DNA of 64,000 nt from positions 1,749,118 through 1,813,117 of the forward strand of contig BCIN01000002.1 in assembly GCA_039545335.1 (NCBI GenBank), in the 5' to 3' direction. Position numbers and translations under genes: made by a program. This DNA comes from Kondoa subrosea. Its lineage: Eukaryota. The stretch's first letter is position 1. Each line of letters starts with the position of its first letter. The notes under the pieces are model-generated. The model worked only from the letters and a program-made list of their open reading frames with translations, was not told the origin of the DNA and did no database searches. Below are positions 12,761 through 25,032 of this stretch, one piece after another.

Positions 12761-14323
12761 TCAGCCTACTTTTCGGAAAACATAATGTCCCTTTATAAGA
12801 CCATCAGCGAAGTCGAATCACTTAGGAGAAGCACTAACCAGACCCCAGCTTTCTCCTTTGTTCAAACCAAAGAATTCAGCACAACTGAGGAAGAACAGTC
12901 TGCAGAACGTTACTTAAACCAATCTTCAACAAAGAATCAATCCCAAAAGCTCTCACCTAAAGCGATTGAACATTGCCGTTGCTTCTTTTGGTCCACCGCC
13001 TTTGCCGTCCAACATGGCTTTCATACCTTCTTCACTCAACCAACGAGAACGGTTCGAATCTTGCAAAACCAGCCAAGCTTCAAGCGTTTTTGAGTAATGC
13101 GTTCCAGGTAGATACCAAGAATGCAGCAGAAGAAGATCTTTTCTAGAAGATGACGATTCTCAGGAAGTGCTCTGGTCAAAGACAGAGGAAAACTTACTGG
13201 AAGTAGGTGAACAAATCCAGTGAAGGCATAGTACCTCCGGAGAACTGCCAAGAATAATCAATCGACCGTTCATGGTGTATCTGAGATAATTGCTCACGAA
13301 ATATTGTGCCATCCAACCATCCGAATCCAAGAATTCGTAAGGTTGACTTTTGTGACAGAAGATATGTACAAAGAGTAGACTGCCATCAGATCCGTTCGCT
13401 TCTTTGTTGGGCTTGAGCCACCGATTGACTTTAGCTAAAAGATTTTCGTACTGCGCTCGCACTTGAATATAAGTGACAATGCGAGAGAAGTCATCGTACG
13501 TTTTTCATATGTTCAAACATCTCAATAGACATCACTCGATCGAATCTGTCGATGGCAATGAGCTTGTACAGCATAACTCGACAAATGCTCACTTTGGTCC
13601 TTCAAACTCGTATTCATTGACATCTCCAGTATACACAGTCACATTGCTCAGGCCACGTGATTTGGCCGTCTTGTCAATGTAGATCTTCTGCGATTTGGAA
13701 TTGGACAGAGCAGATATCCGGGACTTGGGATATTTCTGTCGACGGAACATCAGAAACTGAAATTCTGTGAGACCGGGTAACATACCTGAGCAAGATAGAG
13801 CGTCAGACTTCCCCAGCCGCAGCCAATTTGACGTAACCAGTAAGCCTTGATAGACGGGTGTTATGTGATAAATTGAACTAACCTAAGTCAAGCACATCCA
13901 TTCCATCCTGTAGTTTGGCCTTTGTGCAATAATCTTCGAACATTAGCACTTCCGCCTCTTCCAGAGTCTCGTTGCCAGTGGGAAACAGACAACTCGAGTA
14001 CTTCATGTTTGGTCCAAGGCAAGACATGATAAACTCTGTCGAAACTTCGTAATGCTGCTCATTGGCTTTCGATTGCTCGATAGCTGTTGGTCTTGTGCGA
14101 AGAGATTCAATGAACTTGAGTTTAGCGGCATGGTTGGCTGAAACACAAGTATTAGACCAAGGTATTCAGCTATGGTGGACTCGCCCAAAGGCTAACCTGC
14201 TAATGAACCATTGTCGATCTCGTCCAATCTCGATTGACATAGATACCGAACAGCTCGGCGTAGTACAAAGTCAGGAATCAATCCTCTGTCTATCAAGCTG
14301 TAAAAGTTGGCTTCGAGTGACAT
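12761..14323 (-). CDS. SAM-dependent methyltransferase (cyclopropane-fatty-acid synthase / coclaurine N-methyltransferase-like family)
   Basis: ANEQHYEV, MKYSSCLF, VLDLGCGWGSL, FDRVMSIEMFEHMKNY and GWMAQYFFSGGTMPS. Confidence 0.92.
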
Positions 14324-14542
14324 GGCTTTAGATTCAAGTGATGACGAAGAAATTGAGGTAGGCTGCAGAAATATAGCGTCTCGAGGCTGAGTATCAGGAA
14401 TTACTGGGCTGCCTGCTGGTATCTGCTACAGCGAAGGATATATAGACCGTTGCGGTTCAAGATCATGTTCGAGACAGTTTCGTAGTTTGGTGTTTCATCG
14501 GGTTGCACTCGAACTATCACTATCATCTGTGTGCCCTTTATC

Positions 14543-15773
14543 ATGGACGCTGGTACTCAAAGGCAGATCATGTATCAGTTCGTGCAAAATCTCCCCCGAA
14601 CCAGCTTGAAATGACCCCCCTTTGTTATTGTATCCAGGCTCAAGAGATTTTTCCTACCGTATCTTATCTCTCTTTGTCTCGCTGTACTCGAAATTGACGG
14701 CGTCGTTATGCACAGAAAACTTAAGAAATGGCTGAAGACCAAGTTTGGCTCTGGAGGTCAATCTGGACAGCAAACGCATGGCCAGCAGCAGCAATACGGT
14801 CAACAGCATTCGGGTGGATATGCTCAACAGCAGACAGGTGGATACGGGCAACAGCAACCAGGAGGATATGGGCAACCATATGGGCAACAGCCAAATCAAT
14901 ATAATCAACCATCTGCCGCTCACCAGTCGCATCAGGTAAATGCTTCCAGGTAGAGCAACTGCTTCCTGCTCAAGATCTCCTTACTACAGTGGTCCCAAGC
15001 TCAAGGCGAACCTTCCTCGTCCAATGTCTCTGAACTTCGAAATCAGGCCATACAGGAAGGAGATAGGATGAAAGAATGCTTTGATCGAGCTCATCAGGCT
15101 CATGAAGCGGGAGATGGTCAAGCAGCGAAACAGTTCTCTACAGAAGGACATCAGCATCAGGCAAATCGAGATAGATTGAATGATCAGGCGGCTGATCTAA
15201 TCTATCAAGGTCTGTCTTCTTCCTGGCTATGCTTCGAACAGCCTTGTCTGACAATCTATTCGGTTCCGATAGAGAAAAATCGCTCGCAGCCTGCCGGAAC
15301 AGTAGATCTCCATGGTTTATATGTACAGGAAGCGATTGAAAAGTGTGAAATGGCTATCCAGAATGCTCAAAGATCTGGCTTGAGACAACTAAGAGTAATT
15401 GTCGGAAAGGGTGAACCCGCTTGCCGTTTCAATCACTATTCATCCAGCTAATCCTGATTTGTAACAGGCAACCATTCTGTTCAGCACGTAGCAAAGGTCA
15501 AACCAGCAATTGAGAACCTCAGTATGTTCCGTCTCATTTGCAAAGCAGTAAGTGTTGACATTGCCTGCAGTGCGAAAGTACAATCTGGGAGCTGAGATTG
15601 ATCCACATAACACTGGAGTACTCATAGTACATCTGGACGGCTCAAGAGGTAGCCGAGATGTAAGCTTCTTGTTTCAATTTAAAGGTTGGACTGAGTTCCT
15701 TTGCTTCTGCCAGGCTGGTGTTGTTTCCAGGGATTTGGCAGACTCTCAAGAGGATCAATGTATCATCTCCTAG
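14543..15773 (+). CDS. DUF1771 + Smr (MutS2 C-terminal-like) domain protein with a G/Y/Q-rich N-terminal region and C-terminal CaaX
   Basis: AHEAGDGQAAKQFS (DUF1771); VDLHGLYVQEA and LRVIVGKG.HS (Smr); ends CIIS; start is 14543 via two short introns, or alternatively 14708. Confidence 0.85.
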
Positions 15774-15903
15774 ATCTTCTTGCATTGTAAAACAAGGTTC
15801 TAGCAATAGGTGTTGAATGGTATACCTAAAATGAATTTATGTACAAGAAATCTCATCCGCCGTCCTGGACAATGGAAGAATAGTGGACATGCAAATGCAG
15901 CTC

Positions 15904-18032
15904 TTAGCAACCTTGAGTTACCTTCTCTAGCTGTTCTGCTTCTTCTTCGACTACTTTGTCTATAGCACTGATCCAAGTCTGAAATGCAAAGATAAGCGGT
16001 GACCCGAAGTTTGGCTTGTGAACAATCCTACCTCTACATCTCTGCTCTTCTCGGATGACATACTGACATGTCTTGCATGTGCCAGCACAGGCAAGCGCCG
16101 AAGAGATCGTCCGGATAATGCTTTGTCCTATCAATGACCCTTTTAGCGATATGCTTGCCGAAGAAAGCACGCCTCACTCTGCATTTGCAAGCTAACTTGT
16201 AGAGCGCGAGGCTAACACGAACAGCCTTTGCCTTCTCAGCTGCTTTAGCCTTGAGGTTAGTGAAGTTGGCTTCTTCTTCCAGATCCGTGTGCAGCTCTAC
16301 AACTTTCCAATCAAGTATATTCTATTTCAGAAGTATGAACATTTGAGCGCTATAATTCATCGAATCCAGAAAGTATGCTTACGGATTGTTTGATCAGATG
16401 GCACCGCATGAGCTCTCGTATACAGGAAGACATTATCCAATAGACTGCTTCGGCTGGTGGAAGACCTGTTACAACGTGGCTCCAGGAAGTGCCATGTCAG
16501 TATACGTTCGACATACCGATATACTGCTTGATATCGGCTCGATCTACGAACGCGCCGTCTGTGCATTGTTGAAGCGATCAGCGTCAATTGATGTGTTTGC
16601 TTGTGAACTAACCTATTGCATGCGAGAGATTTGAAGTAGTGACAACGAGCACATTTTTGCGCATGCGAAGTTTGTCCAATTGTGTCAACAAAGCATTTAC
16701 CACCTATTCATTTGTCAATTGAGCCTGAGTAACCTGTAACGATTTGTGCTCACCCGTAATGCATCACTAGGTTCTTTGCCAGATATGGCTCCAGCTCTCG
16801 CACTTGTAAGACTCTCGACCTCATCGATCAAGACAACGACAAAAGCATCTTCATCGTCCACGAGCTGCGTGATGTGATTGAACAATCGCTGAACAAGTTT
16901 CCCAGATTCACTGAACCCTGTATACCGTCTTGTGAATTACGCCATCTGAAATAGCCCATCGAAACCACGCACATTTGGAAAAGAGTGAGTGAGAATTGAT
17001 TTCTACGAGTTTACCGTGAGAATATCGAGAAGAAAGACGAATCGAGAGCTTCTGAGCAAGAGCTCGGCAGAGAGAAGTTTTGCCCGTTCCTGAAGACCAG
17101 ACAAAAGATCAGTACATGCAGCGGTTACAAGCAGGACAATAGTACCTGGTGGTCCATGTAGCAGCACTACTCTGAAGCAAGCGCAGAGAATGAGTGAAGA
17201 TCACCAAGAGGAAGGCGATAGCAAACCTATTGTATGAAATCACATTACTGTCGATACCCGCATCTGACAGAAGGATAGTCGAGTAGATGTACTAGATAAC
17301 ATCGGTCTTTATTTGAAGCAAAAGTTAAGATTCTACACCCACGGTGAGTAGCCTTTCCTTGATGCCACTTTCGAAGATCAGATTGTTCCATATCCCATCT
17401 AATTCCTGCGAAGGTAAATCCAATACTGAAGCAGCTGCAACATCGTCGTCTGGATCTCCGTTCGGTATCTCGCCATCGTCATCGTTGTCGCTGTGTGTTC
17501 GCGGAAGACCAGCTGAGAATTCCTCTACTTCGCTATGTTGAGACGTCTGGTAGATGTGAATTTCTAAGCCAACACAACGCAAAGGTATGAGATCAAGAGG
17601 GAGACTGCATTCAGCTACTCTGACGAGCGAGAGGTTGTCCGCGAGCAAAGGAATGTCTTGGTACTCTGTAAGCTGACTATTTGGCTCGAGTGTGGCATAG
17701 TTTTCCATGATAAAAGACCCAAGAAGACGTCTGATGGTGTCCAATCGAACGGTAGAGCGACTCTTGAGCTGACTTGAGGCTTAGCAAGGTTCTGGCTGTC
17801 ATCGGAGACCTACCTTGGCCTCAATGTGCAAGGGAACCAGTTCACGCTCGTCATCTTCTTCTTCGTCACTTGCCTCGTCTGCTCCTTGATTGCTGAGATC
17901 CATGTCTTCGTCCTGAGCTGGCTGGGAGGTCTGTCGAGAGCGCGAGTTTGTCGAATCGAGTAGAATAGAAATATCTGGCTTCGATTTGATCTTAGGCGAG
18001 ACACAAGGTGCAGGGAACTCTATTCGTTCCAT
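15904..18032 (-). CDS. PCH2: Pachytene checkpoint AAA+ ATPase PCH2/TRIP13
   Basis: [64 protein letters not shown] and [12 protein letters not shown]. Confidence 0.95.
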
Positions 18033-18220
18033 TTGCAAGGTGGAAACGCGTTTGTACGAGGCAGAGCCTCGAAAAAATATACAAGAGCTCTTGCCTTGAC
18101 ACGTCCAAATCAAGCTCCTGCTGTAGTGCTGGACACTACTACAGAGTGTTAGCAGCGTAGTCTGCGCTCTCCTATCTGCACAAAGCGACGAGAGGATTCG
18201 CCTTCAACAAACTCAAGCCA

Positions 18221-19634
18221 ATGACGCCAGTCGTTCAAGCTGTTGTTCCAGCCGCTGCATCACACACTGAACTGGATGCTCCACAAGAGTCCGCTTCTGC
18301 TGTCAGCTCAGAGGTCTCTACTTCCCCCGAAAGCCTTCAGCCTATGGCTGTATGTTGGCTTGCTACAAAGCGAGACTATAGCTGAACAGTTTTGATGTGT
18401 TTCAGCTGGAGCAAACAGACTCTTCACTTCTGCCGACGGTAGATGCTCAGCAAACAGAAGAGAGTCTCGTGCTAGAGCTTTTAGAGACCGAAGAACGAGC
18501 ACCGCAGCCAGTCGTGCTCGCGACAGCAAGTTCACTTGAACAGACCGAAGATCTGTCTGAAGCTCCTCCAACCCATTATGAAGAAGCTGTCACCACTCAA
18601 CGCGACGTTACATCTCTGCTAGGAATTAGTCCTGGTGATTCGGCAGACCAACCTTGTGCAGAGTTATCCGTTCTTCCTACTGCTTCCAGCAAGAAGCGTG
18701 CGGCAGAACCCACAGTATGACTTGCTATTTCTTCTCGAAGCGTATTGACAGATACTATAGATTGGAGGTATGATCACCAGCAAGAAAGCTCGTTTGCCAT
18801 TCAAAACACCTTTCAAAGTACCCAAGAAAATGAGCGAGGCCCCTTCTTCCGGTACGCAATCAGTTACGACTACTTCAAAAAAGCCTTTGGTCAATTACAC
18901 ACCTCAGAAAGTCTCTGTCTTGAGGCACAGTAATACAACTTCTTTCAACTCCCCGTTCAAGTCGCCTTCTGTCAAAAAGGGAGATCCATCAGAGTCTATG
19001 GTAGCTTTATCGAGCGAAATCCGTAAATTAGAACAACGAGCTTCAGTACTTCGATCAGCTCTCCAAGTCAAACGCAACAATACATTGAACACTCGTGATG
19101 AGAAAGGCAACAACGATTCAGATGACAGATTGTCCGAATTAGTCATCAAGTGGAAAGAGGCTGCTAGAGAAGCTGCTCGAATGCTGTGGGATCTCAGCGG
19201 TGCAAAAGACAATATGCTCGAAAATGTCACGACTGGCCAAACATATGGCAACAGCGGAGGGTTCGAAAGCTCTTGGGGCTGGGCGACAACTGATGACGCT
19301 GTCAAGGAGCAACAAAGAGGAGAAGAGCAGCAATGAGCCGGAAGATCATTTGCCTGATCCTTGGATCGCAAGCAAAAGTGAGGTCGGCGCCAGGAAATTG
19401 GCCATGATGGCCAAAGACGACGCAGCTGTGACGCCATCGAATGGCAGCGCTATTGAAGAAGACGAGGCGCAAGCAGAAGAAAGCAAGCCGCAGAGCTGGA
19501 CTATCGGTACAATGTGCAGTCGGATGGGAATCAAGTAGGTTCTTCTGCGTTATACGTTACGACGTCAGGCTTACCTGATTGCCAGTCCCAATTTGTTGGG
19601 CTGGGACAGCGACGAGGAAGATTTCGCTGATTAA
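18221..19634 (+). CDS. MEI5: Swi5-dependent recombination factor Mei5/Sfr1-like
   Basis: PFKTPFK/FNSPFKSP motifs, a coiled coil, LSELVIKWKEAAREAA and C-terminal WTIGTMCSRMGI..LLGWD..EEDF; exon structure uncertain near 19300-19380. Confidence 0.7.
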
Positions 19635-19946
19635 TGCAAGAGCAGAAGAAGAATCAAATTTCATTGTAGATAGCAAATGTCTGCTGGAAGACAGCGCCAT
19701 GTAAACAGAAGGAATTCGTCGGGTGAAAATGGGTCTCTCATTACTATATACTTCTTCATCCTCCTTGCAAATCCGAGTCGCTTAATTATTTATGCCCGAC
19801 GCAAACGATTCATCTCTTTCTTGTCCTTTTCACACATTTGCGACACAGACTGCTCTAGATCTTGGATCATATCCGCTTTCACTCATCGTATACCAGAGCG
19901 TGCTTGTGTCTTCTTGAATTCCGATTTGCTTGCAACCCTAATCAAT

Positions 19947-22418
19947 ATGCGAATTCCCGTAGCCAGCTGCAGCAATCTGCTTCGACAACAATCCGCAGTC
20001 ATAGTGAGGTCAAGCTTGCGTCGTAATGCTGGAGCGTCAATTGCTAGACGGTCGCTGCAAACATTCGCTTCCTCCGTTCCGCCCTCGTACCGAGATCCTT
20101 CCCATGCACCACCTAAGTCAAGGGGCGGAAACAAAGTCTTTGCAAGCGCAGATGAAGCGGTCAAAGACATCAAAAGCGGTTCTATCATTTTGAGCGCGGG
20201 GTTAGCTTGTTGACGAGAATGACCGATTGAAGCAACCTGATACAAGTTCTGGATAGATTCGGCATATGCGGAACTGCGGAGACTATCATCGCAGCAATGA
20301 AGAAGAGAACGGATTTGACGGATCTCACCGCTGTCAGGTTTGTGATGTTCGCCCTTCTTTGGTAACTAGCTTGATATGGAGTGCAGTAACAACGCTGGAA
20401 CAAACTCAGGAGGTGGTCTGCAACCTCGTATGTCAAAGTCTGCTTATATTACATTGCAACGGTTTGATGATGCCTCGCGGCAATAGTGGTCATTAGTGGT
20501 CAGCTAAGCAAGGTCATTCTGTCCTTTTTGGGAGGCAACAAAGCGCTTGAGGCCAAATACTTTGCTGGAGAACTCTCTGTTCGTCGTCATTGCTCTCGAT
20601 CAGAACAGTACTGATCTGCTGCTAGGTCGAACTATGTCCACAAGTCAGCGCTGCGCCATTTGTGGGTACCTCGCGCTGATATTTGTTCAACAGGGCAGTA
20701 TAGCAGAACGTGTGCGTGCGGCTGGTGCAGGTTTGTCTCGTATAATCTACCTGGAGTACAATTAGCTAGATCATTGTTGCTTTAGGCATTCCCGCTTTCT
20801 ATACGCCAACCGGTGCCTCTACTCTGGTCCAAACTGGAGGCATTCCTATCCGATATGGACCATTAGATGACAAGGGCAAGCGTACAGTAGCTATCCCAGG
20901 CAATGTCAGGGAAACCAAAGAATTCAACGGCCGAACTTACGTGATGGAGACTGCAATCAAAGGTCAGTCTTTGTAGTAAAGCGCATGCATATTACTAACG
21001 CCCTGGCCAGGCGATGTGGCTATCTTGAGATGCCACAAAGTTGATAAAGCAGGAAACTGTGTTTTCAGGTATCTTTGCGCTTGACATAGCCTCCCAATAT
21101 TGACAAGGGATATAGAGGCTCAACCAAAGCTTTTGGTATCCCTATGGCTAAATCAGCGACCGTCACTATCGTGGAAGCAGACAACATTGTCGAAATTGGA
21201 GAGCTCGATCCAGCAGAGATTCACCTACCTGGTATATTCGTCGATCGCATTGTACCCTCGACAGCACCAAAAGAGATCGAGATCATGAAGTTGGCGGAAC
21301 CCGAAGGCGAATCTGCTGAAGCGGCTGACACCTCACCAGCTGCCATGCGCAGGAAACTGATCGCCAAAAGAGCAGCCAAAGAGCTCAAGGATGGCTACTA
21401 TGTGAATCTTGGTGTAGGTATGCCTACTTTGGCTGCAAGTTACCTCGACCCTTCGATACAAGTTTGGATTCAGAGTGAAAATGGGTAGGTTGGGTTTTCG
21501 GCTAGAGTAGCTTGGAACGCTAAACCCTGTGCAGCATACTTGGTATGGCTGGGTACCCGGCGACTGAAGCAGAAGCAGATCCTGATCTCATCAATGCGGG
21601 AAAAGAAACGTGAGGCTTGTCTCTTACGTTATCGATTTCAGTTGATTTACGTCTAACCTTACAACAGTGTTACCTTATTAAAGGGTGCATCGCTTTTCGA
21701 TTCAAGCGAATCCTTTGGGATGATCCGAGGCGGTCACGTCGATGTCAGTATGCTCGGAGCTCTTCAGGTCGATGCAGCGGGCAACCTAGCGAATTGTGAG
21801 CTGTGACTAAAACCGCTGCCATCAGAGCTGATATTCGGGAATAGACATGATCCCAGAGAAGGTAGATTCTGTTGAAGTTTCAGCAAACAGCCCTTAACAT
21901 GTATTTTTTGCAGCTGATGAAAGGCATGGGCGGTGCAATGGATCTTGGTGAGCGAGAACCCACAAGAAAATCTTTGAAACGCTGAGCGGCATCTGTATAG
22001 TGTCGAATCCCGACGGTACAAAAATCAGTGAGTGATGTGATCTCCCATGATAATCTATGCCCTTACAGTTATTTAGTCGTTTTGACCGATCACACTGACA
22101 AGAATGGCAAATCGAAAATCGTCGAAAAGTGCACGCTTCCACTCACTGGAGCCAAGGTCGTGTCCAGGATCATCACAGAACTTGTTAGCTTTTCGCATTC
22201 GCGTTTCTTCGTCTCTGACAGACCACGCAGTGTGTCTTTGATTGCGACCGCATCAATGGTGGTTTGACGCTGATAGAGCTCGCTCCTGGCATCGAAATCG
22301 AAGAAGTGCAAAAGAAGACTGGCGCGAAGTGAGCAGATCGCGAAATATACGTCGCTTCTCACGGCTAATGTTTGTTAATAGGTTCGCTGTTGCTGACAAT
22401 GTCGGTAGAATGGAGTAG
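19947..22418 (+). CDS. OXCT1: Mitochondrial succinyl-CoA:3-ketoacid CoA transferase (SCOT), many introns
   Basis: Arg/Ser-rich presequence; [24 protein letters not shown]; catalytic [13 protein letters not shown]. Confidence 0.93.
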
Positions 22419-22791
22419 TTGTCCGGATGTATAGATGTGCTGCTGATAGTGCAATACGGAATGCTTTATCGCAAGCCAGTTACTCCTTTGTTCTTATGAA
22501 CTTATGAAATTGCAAAAATCGACTCCGCTATCTACAAGATAACTTAGGCGGGATTCTTGTTGCCATCAGCTTCAGGAGCGTTCTCCCTTAACAACGACCG
22601 ACTTCAGCAAAGAAATTTGGGCTGGCTAATACCTCAGTAGACTTCGTCAGATCAGCGACCAGCTCCTCTACCTTCTGTCAGATCAACTTTCGCTCTCTTC
22701 CAATCCCCGCGTTTTTTGAGCGATCTACTTTGTTTCTCCTATATCGTTTGGCCCATCAGAAATCTCCCATATCTGCACTCGACTTGCCAGC

Positions 22792-24773
22792 ATGCCTATC
22801 GAGACCGAATTGACAAGGTAGCGGCAAGATTGAACTGACAAAGCGATGCAATGAACTGAAGTAACATCGATAGGGCTTTGGGCATCCGAGTGCCTATAGT
22901 ACAAGGCGGGATGGTAAGGACCTGCTCTCACTTCTATTATTCAAGATCATCTGAGTTCTCTTGTAAGATGTGGGTAGGTTCGTTGCTCAAACCTCCGATC
23001 AAAGGAATGTCAATGAACGGTAAGTCACCTTTGCTTGAGCTTGTATACTCTGCTCATATGTATATAGTTACATGTAGGAACTGCGGCTATGGCTAGCGCG
23101 GTGTCAAACGCTGGAGGTTTAGGTAAAGCGAGCATTCAGATACGCTTCCTACGTGCTGACCGGGACATCGTCTAACTACAGGGATCATCACCGGACTCTC
23201 ACCTGGTTCCCCTGAAAAACTTCGAGAAGAAATCAAGAAGTGTAGAAAGATGAGTGAGCGAAAATGACAAGTTTGCGTCTGTTTGCGCCTACTCATACGC
23301 AATTCAATAGCGGACAAACCTTTTGCGGTCAACCTGACCTTTTTGCCTTCCATGTCGCCCCCGCCATATGAAGATTATGCCAAAGTTATCATCGAGGAGA
23401 ATGTTCGCGTTGCTGAAGTGAGCGAGAAATTTCGGAGTCTATCTATAGGCGTCCTGATCCTTATCTTCGCTCTCCCGTTAGACTGCTGGCAGTGGAGCCG
23501 CAGCACCAATAGTGAAGATGTTCAAAGTGAGGGTTTTCTGATCGATATCAAACCATGAAATTTGACATGAGCGTGCCATCAGGCTGCTGGAATATGTTCG
23601 TTCATCTCTTGCTCAGATTCTATTTGCGCGCAACTGATTCAAACTTTCAGATGTTATACATGTCGGTCGAGCTATAGCTACAGTTCAAATGCTAAGGCGC
23701 AATTCGTAGAAATGTACTACTATCAAGCATGCTCAAAGTGCTGTGAACAAGATGGGAGTCGATATGCTTTCCATCGAGTGAGTCCAACACATCATGTCTC
23801 ACACACTTGTCGCGAACTTTTCCTTTTTGTGCAGCGGCTTTGAATGTGCAGGACACCCCGGAGAAGAGGATATAGGAGGAGTGAGGCTTTATGCTTGCTA
23901 TGCACGGATTGACAAAGGCTGAATTTAGACAGATCGTATTGTTGGCTCGGGCTGCAGAAGAGCTCAAAGTGCCTTGTAGGTCCCTTGCTTTTTAATGAGC
24001 ACACAAGCCTGAATACGATCGTAGACATCGCTTCAGGCGGATTTGCAAACGCGAGAGGTCTGGTGAGTGCGCTGGCTTTGGGAGCTCAAGGTATGTACAA
24101 TTGTCCATTGCCTCATCGCCCAAGCTTATCAAGTACGTCTGTGAGGTATCAACTGTGGCACCCTATTTATGGCAACCAAAGAAGCACCCATACATGATAA
24201 TATCAAGAAGGAAATCGTCCGGGCCAACGAGACTGACAGTGTGTTTTCACGTTTGTCGAGGAAAAGGAAAGAGGCTAACACTCCCATCAAGCAACTCACA
24301 TATTCAGGACGCTCAATAACACGGCAAGAGTTCACAAGAATGCTGTTGCTAAAGAAGTCGTCGCTCTGGAAAAAAGACCAGGTACGGGATTTGATCAGAT
24401 GGCTTCAGATATTGCTCAGTCTATATACATCAGGTGGAGCACAATTCAAGGAGCTCGCGCCGCTAGTTTCGGGTGCGAGAGGCAAGAAGGTGTACGAAGT
24501 GAGTCTCGAAACCTGTGTCATAATTTTAACTCACGAGTGTCATCAAGACTGGAGATGTAGACGCCGGTATTTGGTATGTCAATTTCAGCAGCGTTTCACA
24601 AATCTTATGTGTTTATCTTGCGATTACACAGGACGCTGGGAATTAGTGCAGGGTTGATTCACGAGATTCTGTCTTGCAAGGACCTTATCGAGAAGATCGA
24701 AAGAGAAGCAGAACAAGAAATTCAAGGCCTTTCCAGGCTGGTTGTCAAGTCGACCAGGCAGTCTAAGCTGTAG
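22792..24773 (+). CDS. Nitronate monooxygenase / 2-nitropropane dioxygenase family flavoenzyme with C-terminal SKL
   Basis: LGIRVPIVQGGM, SAVSNAGGLG, PFAVNLTFLP, DGFECAGHPGEED, IASGGFANARGL and ALALGAQGINCGT. Confidence 0.92.
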
Positions 24774-25032
24774 ATCATTGCTTGAGTAGCCTTTTTGTAT
24801 CGAGTTCGCTCCTTGTCATATTCAGTTTTATATTAGCACTAGGTATTATTAGCATGTCTTCAGTTTAGCCTCAGGGCCAAGTTGAGGTCTACTTCTTTTA
24901 GTAAAGCAAGACATCGAATCCCCGCTTGCTGAAACTTCCCGCTTTGACGATGCTGTGTCCTTGTTAGCTATCCTTTCCTTGACCGAGAAGACCGACAGCC
25001 GCTGAGTCGCATTGGACATAAGCCAAAGTAAC

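Noticed and set aside
12785..13093. 102-aa plus-strand ORF
   Set aside because: Antisense shadow of the methyltransferase 3' exons
19947..24773. SCOT + NMO (+ the distant hydroxyacyl-CoA dehydrogenase) as a metabolic gene cluster
   Set aside because: Different predicted compartments, no regulator or transporter, and the third gene is 23 kb away
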